From assembly GCF_009914755.1 (NCBI RefSeq), contig NC_060926.1: a DNA stretch of 64,000 nt; one strand, written 5' to 3'. Each line of letters begins with the position of its first letter. Position 1 is the first letter of the stretch. A program made the position numbers and the translations under genes. Below the pieces are notes generated by a model, which was given only the letters and a program-made list of their open reading frames with translations, searched no databases and was not told the origin of the DNA. Positions 13,301 through 24,061 of this stretch are shown here, piece after piece. The stretch comes from the human T2T-CHM13v2.0 reference genome, Homo sapiens.

Positions 13301-16300
13301 GTAAGTGCACCCCCATCTCCCCTCCACCCACCCCCCAATTTTGGTTGCTTAAATTAGTTTTACTTTGACAGGTTTTATAACATTTACATTCCATTCTGTA
13401 ACTAGCATTCACCTAGTTGCTATTCCTGGTTCTGCACTTCAATAGATTTGAAGCTCACCACCACTCATTCTAACAGAGGCTCTACATTACTGAGTTGGTT
13501 TTTTTTTTTTTTCTCTTGAATCATCTCTTGATTGGCAGGATTTTGTCGCTGAACATGACTTTCAAGAAGAGCTTGTGGGTGCTTTAGTTGCTGAGCCCTT
13601 TCATGCTAGGAAAGGGTGGCTTTGTACCCCTGTGACCGCCTGGCTGGTGTGGTATTCTTGGGTTATGCTCTTTTCCCTGCGGAATGCTGTGGGTATCTTC
13701 CTTTGCCTTTCATTCTATCACTTCATCTTTTTGCTGGGGTTGGCAGCACCTGGAGATGAGCATCTCTTCCATTCCCTACATTCTGAACCACTTGAGAAAG
13801 AAGGTGAAAGAGGAATGTGGCTGTTAGAGAATGGGGTGAACACAGCCTCAGAATGAGACAGGCGCTGGGGCCGGCCTCCTCCCCACGGGCAGAGCCTGTC
13901 CATCTAACACCTAAGGCTTGGAGGGGCGGAGCAGGCTTCCTTGCTTCCGAGGAGGAGAAGGAGGGAGGGGAGAGGTGGGCCACAGGCTGCCCGATGGTTC
14001 CAGTGTGGGAGGAACCTCCCCTCCACGTGGGAGGAGCCCTCAGGATAGAGGAGGCAGCATCTCCCCATCACTTGTCTTTGACATCTTAATTTATTGAATC
14101 TATATCTTGATTAAGCTTCATCTACAGCACGAAGTGCTCTCAGGAACTTGCTTACACGTCACAGGTTAGGTTTTTTCCCAAACAAGTTTCTTCATCAGTG
14201 CGAATGTTGCAGCGGGACAGTGTGAGCCGAGGACATTGGACTTGGCAACAGCAGGACCTGATATGACCTTAATTTAGATGTAGAGGTTCACGTTTCAATG
14301 GTGGGTCTGAAGGCAGACTGAGGGAGGTCAAGGAAAGGGTGAGAGTTGAGAAATCAGGCAGAAGATGCAGCGTATTCCTTAGTGAGCTCCAGAAGGAGGG
14401 AGGGAATCTGCAATCCCGCCTTCCTCTTCGCCATCTTTAATGTCTCCTCTCTTGGCTGCTTCCCCTCTGCCTATAAACGGGCACCAGCCTTTACTGTGGA
14501 AATGTACAATCTAGGAACCACGGCTCATGCCCACTTACAGGCAGAGGGGAAGAGGCCGAGAGGGAGGGGGATATTAAAGATGACGGAAGGAGGGCAGAGG
14601 CTGAGAGAGACAGGGAGGAGTCGGATGGGACAATGAGGCCTTGGGTGAAACCAGAGCAGGAGCTCCAGACCCAGGAGTGGCGCCCAGGCCGGGAGGAAGA
14701 CTCTGTCTCCTGAAGCGGCCAAGGTGACCACACAGCCTCACAGGAGAGAGAGCAAGGCACCCACCAATTCCTCCGTCTTCCCAGTTCCAGAGGAGACCTG
14801 GCCTCCGCGGGGAACTCAGGGGGCCAAGGAGGAAGGGCACTGAGGTGGTGGAGAAGAGTCAGGACCGCCAGGGTCACGGTGTCAAGGGCGGCGCCTCTGT
14901 GGCATCCAGGGATGTGAGTAGTGAGGCTGGAGGGGGTGCCTGTGCAGCTGGGGTGGAGCCTCTCCCCTCTGCAGCCTCATTGCAGCTCTGGCCCAGCCAA
15001 TGCCAGATGCTGTGAGACCCCAGGAAGGCACAACTGTTGAGGGTGGTGGGACCAGGAGCCAGGGCAGGACTCACTTTGTGTGAGCTTCCCTACAGTGAGC
15101 AGTCCTGTCAGCAGTCACTCGGCTTCGCTTCCTTGCCTTTTTCCTGAAGACAGAAAAGAAGGAAACCATGCATTGCTATCTAATTCCAGGCAGCGCCCGT
15201 TCTGTTGGTGAGGAGACCGAGGCCCAAGGCACAGGGAAAGACCCCAGAAGAGGTGAGAGTAGGGGACGGAGTTACATCTAGATGGCTGCGATGACTCTGC
15301 AGGACTGGGATGTAGAGGAGGTGATGGGGCTGGAGAGCTGGGCCCGGGTCAGATCACAGATGGCCTCGAATGCCACGCCGAGGATCTGACTCTGGACTAA
15401 AGTTCAGTCTGCTGGAGAAGGGATTGCAGGGGCAGGGGTCTGGTGCAGTTAGAACAGTGAGGTTGTTATGACCACAGGCCAGGTACAAGGGCACATGGCT
15501 GGGCTCAGGTGGTGCAGATGGAGCTACAGGACTTGGTGACTGACTAGATGTGGGTGAGGTGGATGCCTCAGTTTCTGACTTGGATGGCTAGGGGGAAATT
15601 TTCACAGAGATGGGACCAGACTGTCAGGGAAGGTGGGAGTGGGAGATCAAGCCTGGGAGACATCCAAGGGATATGTCTGGTGTGCAATTGTACATAGCAG
15701 CCTAAGGCTTGGAGAGAACTCCCAGGCGGGAGCTGTGGACTGGGTTCATCTGCACACAGGAGGTGGCTACGGCCATGGCATGGCTGCCATCACCCAAGAC
15801 AGACCCCGGAGGTTCACCAGTGTTTAAGAGGCGGGCAGAGGAGAAGGCTCATGAAGGTGTGGTCAGAGATGTTGGCAAAAGCAACAGAAAGGAGCAAAGG
15901 TGTCATCCAAACCAATAGCAGCGTTTCAGGAAGGGAGAGGTGGGTGATGCCCTGTGCTACTGGAAGGCCCAGCAAGACAGAGCATGTCCACCGACCTGCA
16001 GCAGCAAGAGCACAGGCGGCCTTGGGAAGAGCGATTTCAAGGGCCTCATGGAGCAGAAGTCAGACCCCAGAGAGTGAGGCATGCAGGGGGGCACAGGGCC
16101 GTGCTGCTCGGCAAGCTTCCGCATTGGCCGCGAGTCTGGCGCCTGTACTCTCTGGGTGTTGTTGACTCTCCCTTGCTTTGTTAAAACAAGTCTTTAGCTC
16201 TTGGAGCGAGTCTCATTTAACCAAGGATCTCTAGAGTGCCTGTGTCACCAAGGCCTCCGCTCGCCCATCTCCTGTCCCTCTCCTGGAACCTCCTTGGTCA

Positions 16301-16819
16301 CAGAGGGTGGAAGACTCCTTGTAGGCTCTCAGAGCTCCAGAACCTTAGTCAGCTCTCCAGGCTGTCTGAGTAGCGTGTTGGGAGGCTGCTGTGCTGGGAG
16401 CAAGGCTGCGGCGTCCTGAACCTAGGCCTTGCTACACCACATCTCCCACCCATCGCTGTTCACTGACCGGGCCCCCCACCCACTTCTCATACTCCCCCTA
16501 CTCTTTCATGAGATAACTGCAGAATGTGGGAGCCAGAGGAGGCCTTTGCATCTTCAGGCCAACGCCTGAGTAAATGCGGGCCCCTGGAGGGACAGTGATT
16601 TGCCTACAGCATTGACTGGGGGGGTATCTGGTGTTCTGGCCCCTGTGTAAGCCCCTGGTCTGGAGAGAGGAGCATCTAGGCAAAGACCTCTGTGGGGAGG
16701 GAGAGGCCCAGAGCCCCTTGGACTTGGCCATCCCCAAAGACCTGAGCAGGTCAGTGCACCTGGGGAAGCCTCTTAGGGCCAAAGATGGCCACCGGGCTCC
16801 CCTGACTCTGCCCTTCATC

Positions 16820-16965
16820 TTTTTTTTTCTTAATTGTTATTATGTTTTTATGTAGAGACAGAGTCTCACTATGTTGCCCAGGCTGGTCTCAGAACTCCTG
16901 GGCTCAGGTGTTCTTCCCTCCTCAGCTTTCCAACATGCTGGGATTACAGGCATGAGCCACAGCAT
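16820..16965 (-). mobile_element. Alu left-monomer (FLAM-like) fragment just upstream of CIMIP2C exon 2
   Basis: Reverse monomer GAGACAGAGTCTCACTATGTTGCCCAGGCTGG...GGATTACAGGCATGAGCCAC. Confidence 0.85.
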
Positions 16966-17049
16966 CCTCCACTTTTAAGGGCCTCTCTTGGAACAGGCCT
17001 GGGGCCCTTCACTGATCTGTGGCTCCACCACCCCCACCGTGATCGGCAG

Positions 17050-17323
17050 GTACCAGGGCCACGTCCCCACTGTGGCCTTCTCCTTTGGCGCTCCCTACGG
17101 CACCACCACCCTCAAGTACTTCCAGGACCACCGCAACAGAGCCATGGAGAAGAGCCACACTCCCTTCAGCCAAGGCGGCCATTTCCCCACCATCTTCTCC
17201 ACCAACCCCAACCTCCTGCTGATGGAGCGCGCCAGCACCCGGGACCGCTGGCTGCACAAGCCCAGCTACACTCGCTTCAACCTGGACAGCCATCGCTCCA
17301 CAGAGCTTACGAATTTCTACCAG
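17050..17323 (+). CDS. CIMIP2C: CIMIP2C coding exon 2 (YQGHVPTVAFSFGAPYGTTT...STELTNFYQ)
   Basis: Acceptor cggcag|G, donor CAG|GTAAGC, 274 nt, phases match the neighbouring exons. Contained in ORF 16988..17392. Confidence 0.95.
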
Positions 17324-18663
17324 GTAAGCTGTGTGGGGCTGCCCTGTGGCCTCCCCTCCTGCCCACCTGCCCCCACCACGGGAAGGGAGTGATGGCCAGG
17401 GGCCAGGGGGAGACCTCGCACCTGCCACAGTGTCTTGATTTCCTTTCTCAGAGCCCCTGAGCCAGCAGAGAGCATGGTGGGCTTGGCTAAAGGGAGTAAG
17501 GAGGCTCAGGACTTTGCCCCTCTGATCTCTCCCCACCTCCCGGGGCTTCAGGACCCCCAACTCCTGCTCACTCCCACTGCCAGTGGAGCTAGGGGTCTCT
17601 AGGGACCTGTCTCTAGGCTCCTGCCCTTACCTTCTGCCCCCTGGAGTCTCTTGGATCTGTGGAATGCCATATATTTTGTAGGTGAGTATAAGGTCTAAGA
17701 TCCACCCACCAGATGAATAACACACGAGCAAAGGCCCCACTACAGCCCCCAGCCCCAGTTCCAGCCCCACGGCATTTATCCACCTGTGTCCTGGAGCCTG
17801 CTCACCCCTCCCTGCCCTGCAGCCCCCTGGGGGCATGCTCTGAGTCACTCTCAGCCCCAGCCTGGGCGAGACTGCCCTGCAGGGAGTGAGCTCGAGGAAG
17901 GGGACCCACCCACACCCCTGTTGTTCTTGTCCTGCTGTTCAGGCTGGTAAAGCCTCCCTGGATGTGGTTCAGACACATCCCCAGAGACCACAGGTGCACG
18001 GGCCTGAGCTGGCCCTTATGCCCTTGGCAGGGATAAGGGTTCATTCTCTCCTGTGTTCCCAAAACCTTACTCTCTCCATCACCTTCTCTCACAAGCCTCC
18101 CCCTCTAGCCTGATTGCAAGGACAAGGTGTGTCCTGGCCCCAGGGCAGAGAACTTGTATGAGTAAAGCAGCTTCCTCGGGAGAGGAGGAGGTTGATGCCA
18201 CCAGCCTCTGAGCCATGTGCGACCATCTCAGGGGGTCTGCCAAAGCCTCTCCCTCCATCTTGGCGCTCAACAGAACATGCCCCGTACAGTGGGGAAGGAG
18301 AGGGGGGAGGAAACACAGGCCAGGCGGACATGGTGCCTGTGTGCACAGCAGGTGTGCGTACGCCTGCGGGGCTGGGTTTTTGTACTCAGTCTGAGCTTGT
18401 CCCTTGTCTTGTTTACTCTCCATAGCAAAGCTGGTCTGGTGGGTGTCGTTATTCCCATTAGGCAGATGAGAAGTCGTGACTCAGTGAGGACACCCAGCTG
18501 GTTGGCAATTGAGTTGGGGCCCCAGCAACTCCGGGACTCCTCCGGGGGCATTAGGGGAGGTGGCCCCCAACCCTGCCCAGGTGCAGCGAGGCATGGACTG
18601 CAGGTGCCTGTGGTCAGTCCTGTGCACTAACAACCTGTCATCTCTTCCTTGATTGAACCATAG

Positions 18664-18776
18664 ATGGTCCAGCAGCATCGGAAGTACTATCAAGACAAGA
18701 CGGGCACAGTGCCTCGAGTCCCCTACTTTGCGATGCCCGTGAGGGAGCCGGAACGGTACCCCCTCCCCACCGTCCT
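18664..18776 (+). CDS. CIMIP2C: CIMIP2C coding exon 3 (MVQQHRKYYQDKTGTVPRVPYFAMPVREPERYPLPTVL)
   Basis: Branch-like CACTAAC and a pyrimidine tract precede catag|ATG; donor CT|GTGAGT; 113 nt, phase 0 in and phase 2 out. Confidence 0.93.
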
Positions 18777-20441
18777 GTGAGTGCCTGCCCTCCCTTCATC
18801 TACGCAGTCAAGAAACGCACCCATGGGGCACCTGCTCTCGGCCAGGCATGCACAGCACACAGACTGAGAAATGAGTTGAGGATCTTGCCCTAAAACGTGC
18901 AGTGCAGAGAGTGATGGTTACAGAGCAAGGGGGTCAGGGCATTGGCAGCCTCAGGGGGGATGGTGGTAGCCTGAATGGGCGAATCAGGAAGAGTGCTTTC
19001 CCGGCCAGATGCACTGGGAGTTTGGGAGAAGCTCCGTAAGCTTAGTGGGCCTGAATCTGCGGACTGATGCCCCGCCTGCAAAGGCAGCCTGGCAGCTACA
19101 CTAGTCCTAACGTGGGCGCCGATGCAGAGCGCAGTAAGGAGCTGCTGCCCTCTGGTGGATACAGAGGGCACTACACCGAGCAGGAATCTCCCCCGGTCCC
19201 GTTCACATTTGGAAAATGTTCTCCTAAGGACTTTCTGTCCATCTAACTAAATAGGAAAGTTCCTTGCCTCCTGCCCCTCTCTGCTTTTATCTAGGAGAGC
19301 TCCTTTCTCCAGGGAAGGCCCACTCTGCCCTGAAAGATGACTTGGGTACTGTGGTTTCTGTGCTCTCTCCTTCCTGAAGCGCAGGCAGGGGGATCATTGG
19401 CTCACACGAGGTGTCCTGGAGTGGGGTAGGGTGGTGGGTGGTGCCTGGCCTGGGAGGTCAGTGGATAGAGCTTGGGATTTAGCTCCATGCCAACCACTCC
19501 CGGCTTGCCTCAGAGTCCTAAGATTCACCATCATCCTTACTGATAAAACAGCATCTGTTTTCATAAGTTTAATGGTTTTTAAAGAAACAGGCTTCACTGC
19601 ATCTAAAAGTTCCTTTTTGCAAGTCAGACAGGATCATTTTACAAAAAAGGGAACGTGAGGCTCATTGATCGCCTGGGGAACTTGTGCTGCGTGGCCTGGA
19701 TGGTTGGAGGCAGAGCTTGGAAAGGAAGCAGCATCTCCCATCACCACCTCTAGGACTCGGGGGCTCTCTCTAATCTTGGAATGGCTCTGAGCCAGTCCAT
19801 CCCTAGAGTATAGTGGGACTCTCCTGGGGACAGGTATCCTCTTGAGATGGCTCTGGCCAGGATCTGCCCCCCATCCCCATCACTGTGGGGAGAGCGGGAC
19901 ATCTCAACTCTGTTCCTTCTTCAGGTTGCCTGGCCACTTGCACTGCTGCTGACAGTTTCACAACGAACGCAAAGGGCCAACCAGGTGGTTGGGAGAAGAG
20001 GGTCAGTGACAGGCCTGGGGCAAGCCCCTCCCTCCCGGAATCCCCTCCATCAGCACCATCACCATTTCTTAGAATATTTGTTGTGTGTTTACTCCTTGTC
20101 CAGAGCTTCACATGCATTACTGCATTTATTCCTCAAGTCAAAGCTAAGAGGGGGATACCACCACTGGGCCATTCTTAAATATGCACACTTCTAGCAGGAG
20201 TTAGGACCAGAGTCCGTCCCAGGTCTGTCTGACATCTGTGTCCTCACTCTTAACCACTGTGCCATTATGTAAATACAGGTTATTCCCACCCCAAGTCCAG
20301 GGGGACTTATCAGGTGTTAAACTGACGAGTAGCCGGCAGGTCAGCTTGAGCTGGAAAGTGGGCACGTGGGGCTGTGGGTGGGCACGCACCACCTTCCTTC
20401 CCTGGCACACTGCATAACACCAGTCCCATCCTCACCCCTAG

Positions 20442-20586
20442 GCCTCCTCTGTGCCCAAAGAAGAAGTGGCACCTTTTAAGACTAGCCCCCGAGAACCTGA
20501 AGACCTACCAGACCTTCCCATCAGGGAAGAGGGTCTCTCCACAGGAGCGGAAAAAGAGAGACTGCTACTTTGAGTTCAGAGCATGA
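20442..20586 (+). CDS. CIMIP2C: CIMIP2C coding exon 4 (PPLCPKKKWHLL...RDCYFEFRA*)
   Basis: Acceptor ccctag|G, TGA at 20584-20586. Spliced CDS is 74+274+113+145 = 606 nt = 201 aa plus stop. Confidence 0.93.
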
Positions 20587-20652
20587 GACTTTTAGTTCAG
20601 AGCAGAGCCTGATGCCTGAGATCCTGGGTCGTGACCAGCCTGGCTTGCTTGG

Positions 20653-20658
20653 AATAAA
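20653..20658 (+). terminator. Polyadenylation signal AATAAA of CIMIP2C
   Basis: Canonical hexamer 67 nt after the stop codon. Confidence 0.8.
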
Positions 20659-22510
20659 ATCTTTAGCCATGACCATGCTACCCATCTCTCCTCTGGATCC
20701 CAGGGACACTCGGCCACAGCAGGAAATGCCCCCTGAAGGTCACACAGCATTGTGTCCTGAGGGCCTGCGGAAAGCTCTGTCCCAGGGACTCAAGCCAAGG
20801 AAAAGTGGTGTCCGGCTACCTGGCAGGTCCAGCTACCTTCTCCCCAAGGTGGGGCAAATGGAGTTGAGGAATGTAGGGTTCCCTAGTCTTAGTGGCAGGT
20901 CACTCAGGTACAGAGACCTCCCACCAGATTCCACTGGTATAAGCAAGGAAGTCCAATTGCGCCGGTCTAAGAATGAAGGGGAAATGACCCCAGAATAATT
21001 GCACTGGGTGTGATTGGAAAGGAATTTTCATCAGAGCCCTGACTTGGCGTCGTTTTGTCCACACGATCACTTGTGAGGGAAGAGGTGTTATTATCCCCAC
21101 TTTACTGATAAAGATATTGAGGCTCAGAGAAGGTGAGAAAGTTGCCCAAGCTTACATAGTTGGGAAGTAACACAGCCAGAATTTGAATTCAGGTCTTTCT
21201 GACTCCCAAGCCCTGGTTTTTCCACGACACAGCCTGCTTGTGGTCCATGTGGAGACTGAGGGGCGGGGAAGACATAAACCTGGGGATCCTGAAGGAGTCT
21301 GTGGAGGGCGGAGCCTGGGAGAAGAAGCTGTGTGCAGCAGGCACCTTCTGCATTCTGCCTAGGCTGGCTTGGTAGGGTGGATGCAGCATCTACCCCTGAA
21401 GCTGTTTCTAGAAGACGATGGGAGGGAATGACCTAGGACCAGACAACTCTTCCAGGAATCCCTATGTTTCGGGGCCCCAGGCCGGAAGTGGATGCTGGGC
21501 ATGGGTGCTGAAGCCACATGCCTGGGGTGGTCTTTGAGGGTCTGGAGGGTCTGCTCCCACAAGGCTGCTGCTTCCTACCTCCCAGGAGGCTCCTGCCTGC
21601 TGGGGCAGGGGTGGGACGGGGGTGAGAGCCCCTCAGTGACAGGATCTGGGATGGGGACCTTAGACCAAGGCGGGGACCTTCTCCAACATTCCAGCACCTC
21701 TTAGATTTGATCAAGGGCCCTCCATTAAGGGACAAGGCCCTTATTGTCCTTCAATGGGTGAATCAGGACCTAACTGCAAGGGGAACACAGCCCGGTTCAA
21801 GTACACCTGGGGCTGAAGCAGCCCCTCCTCTGTAGCCAGCGATTAGACACCTCCCCCAGGACAGTGTAAATAAGAAAAACCCAATGGGGGGCTTCTTCTG
21901 TGTCTCAAAGTCCCTGAGGAGCTGGACCCCAAAGGCTGTCTGTGGTGGCCAAATTCATTCCAGGGCTTGGCTGAATAGCAAAGCAAATAAACTCTAATTG
22001 CTGGTCCCACAATCAGGGCCAAGATGCCTTCTCCCTCAGAAGGGGAGTGGGGAGCCGGGCACCGGCTGGAATGGCTGCTATGTGCACGTCTCTGTGCAGC
22101 TGTGAACTGTGAGGTGCTGGGGGTCGGGGGTTTTGATGAAGGGAGGGAAGGACATGTATCTTGCTAGGGACCTTCATCCCATTTGGCTTGGCCCCCTGCT
22201 ATGACATGGGTTGAGATTTGAACTATTCCCTCAGAAAGATTGCCACCCCAGCCTGCTTGACATCGCTGGCACACTGAAGCCCTGGAAAGGGCAGTTCTTA
22301 ATAAAAAGTACCATGTATGACCCTGCATTTAAAAAGCGATGATCTGATGGGCTAAGGAAAAGCTTTTTCTTTTATCTAATAAACAATATTCTAGAGGTGA
22401 GGGTGGGCCCAGTACAAAGTCACACTTCAAACCAGCTCCCTCCAGTGCTGGAGGGGGTTCGATTCCTGTGGTCTCCCTCGAGGCTGCCATGTCAGGTATT
22501 TGCCGCTACA

Positions 22511-22541
22511 TCAGCATCCCCAGAAGCGAATCCGAAAGGAG
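22511..22541 (-). CDS. CIB4: CIB4 last coding exon, (N)SFRIRFWGC*
   Basis: Acceptor ttctttctttcag|C; TGA at 22513-22511. Completes the CIB-type C-terminus SPDFMNSFRI. Confidence 0.9.
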
Positions 22542-23972
22542 CTGAAAGAAAGAATCCCGTGAGCCATGTGAGCCCGCAGGTCCAAGGGGCCCTCTGACTC
22601 CTGGGTTCACAGTAGTCCTGGAGGCTCCCTCCCCGGCCTGCATCTCGTGTCCCTTTCTCTGGGTGACGGCCACTTTGCAGCCATCCCAAAGCAACCCCAA
22701 ACCTTCTTTAAGCTTCTTTCAGCATCACCCCAAGGCAAAGGCAGGGCACCAGAAGGAACCTTGTGGTGCTCGAATCAGTGGAAAGAAATGGAAGAGATTC
22801 AAAGAGAAACTCTGAGCAGTCGGGGTGCCAGCTTCAATTATGTGCTGGGCTGTGACAGAACAAGAGGAGTTAGCTTTGGCTGGGGTGGTCCCAAGTGTGC
22901 ATCCTTAGAGAGGGGCCACCCAGGCCACAGGCCCTAGCAGGCCTGTTGGAATGAGGAGCCCCCTCCTCATCCAGGCAGTCAGAAGAGGGGAGGACCCCTG
23001 ACCATGGCCACTCAGATTCTGTCTCTGGGGATTTGGAGTCAGAGCTGAGAGGTGTTACTCAGGAGTCACTGAAAGTCACTCAAGACCAAGGAGGTATAAA
23101 CTTGACCACTGCAGGGAGGCCGTGCATGGTCTTATGTCTGACAAAGCGGAGACAGCTGGTGCACAGCACAGAGTGAGCGTGGAGGGGCGATGGGAGGCAG
23201 AGACGTTGGCACAGAGGGACCCAGCAGCCCCGGGCTCCTGCCCTGGTGCTGGCTGAGGTCTAGCTCTTTGTTCTGTTTCCCTTAGTCTGTAAAAGCACCT
23301 TGAGTGGGCATACTTGAAATCAGCGCACCTCTGAGACCAGGGGCAGAGTCGGACCCAGGAGCAGGAGACGCCAGCTCCACCCGGCTGGTCCTCCATGGCA
23401 CGCGCTGCCTCCAGGGGGCACGCATCTCCCGAAAGCAGCAGCACCCCAAAAAGACTTCAACGTGGCCAGGGAGATCTGGAGATGGCCAGCCTTCTCAAGG
23501 ACGTTTGGGCCTCAGAAGACCCTTTGGGCCCCTCCTGCTCTAAGAAATAGAATTGGGTGCTTCTCTCATTGTTTCTTTTCTATGAGCTCCACCACCAGCA
23601 TCTTCAGATCCCCCCTGTAAACCCCTACCTCCCAGTTGGCCGCTGGAGGCAGTGGGGTCGTCAGGAGCCTAGTGGGCTTTGGGAGAAGCACAGAGGTGTG
23701 TCAGCTGGCACAGGGAATGCTCTGAGGTTGGAGCTGTGACGTCATTCCCAAAGCCTGGGATCCAGTCCTCTCCTCTGCCTTTTAATACCCCAGGGTTACC
23801 TAATTTCTCAGAATCTCCAGTTTTGCTGACTCTGAAAGAATCTGCAAAGTATTCTGGAAACTCACAGCCTTCTTGGGAAGACTGAGATGTCCCATGGAGT
23901 GAGGAGAGACTGGGGGCCCTTCCTGCCCCCACCACTCTCCTGGACAGTCTCACCCCCTCCAGAATGCCTTAC

Positions 23973-24061
23973 TTCATGAAATCTGGAGACTTGGCCATTG
24001 CATGTTCAAACTCTGAGAAGGACAGCATGTTGTCATTGTCCAGATCCGACTCACTCAGGAC
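23973..24061 (-). CDS. CIB4: CIB4 penultimate exon with EF-hand loop [12 protein letters not shown]
   Basis: Acceptor cgccag|GTC, donor AA|GTAAGG, 89 nt. Encodes [29 protein letters not shown]. Confidence 0.95.

Larger units (their letters stand above)
14070..18109 (-). ncRNA. Candidate spliced antisense transcript within CIMIP2C (exons 18071-18109, 17631-17656, 15075-15143, 14306-~14070); may encode a 40-aa microprotein
   Basis: Minus-strand donors AGA|GTAAGG, AAG|GTAAGG and AAA|GTGAGT; strong acceptors at 15143 and 14306; AATAAA at 14095-14090. Confidence 0.45.

Noticed and set aside
16990-17049. Alternative upstream acceptor for CIMIP2C exon 2 (gaacag| at 16997)
   Set aside because: It adds 53 nt, shifts the frame and hits TGA within a few codons. 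Nothing supports it beyond the AG.
17009-17560. 183-aa ORF antisense to CIMIP2C exon 2
   Set aside because: Typical antisense shadow of a GC3-rich coding exon with a non-ATG start; it falls in an intron of the antisense model.
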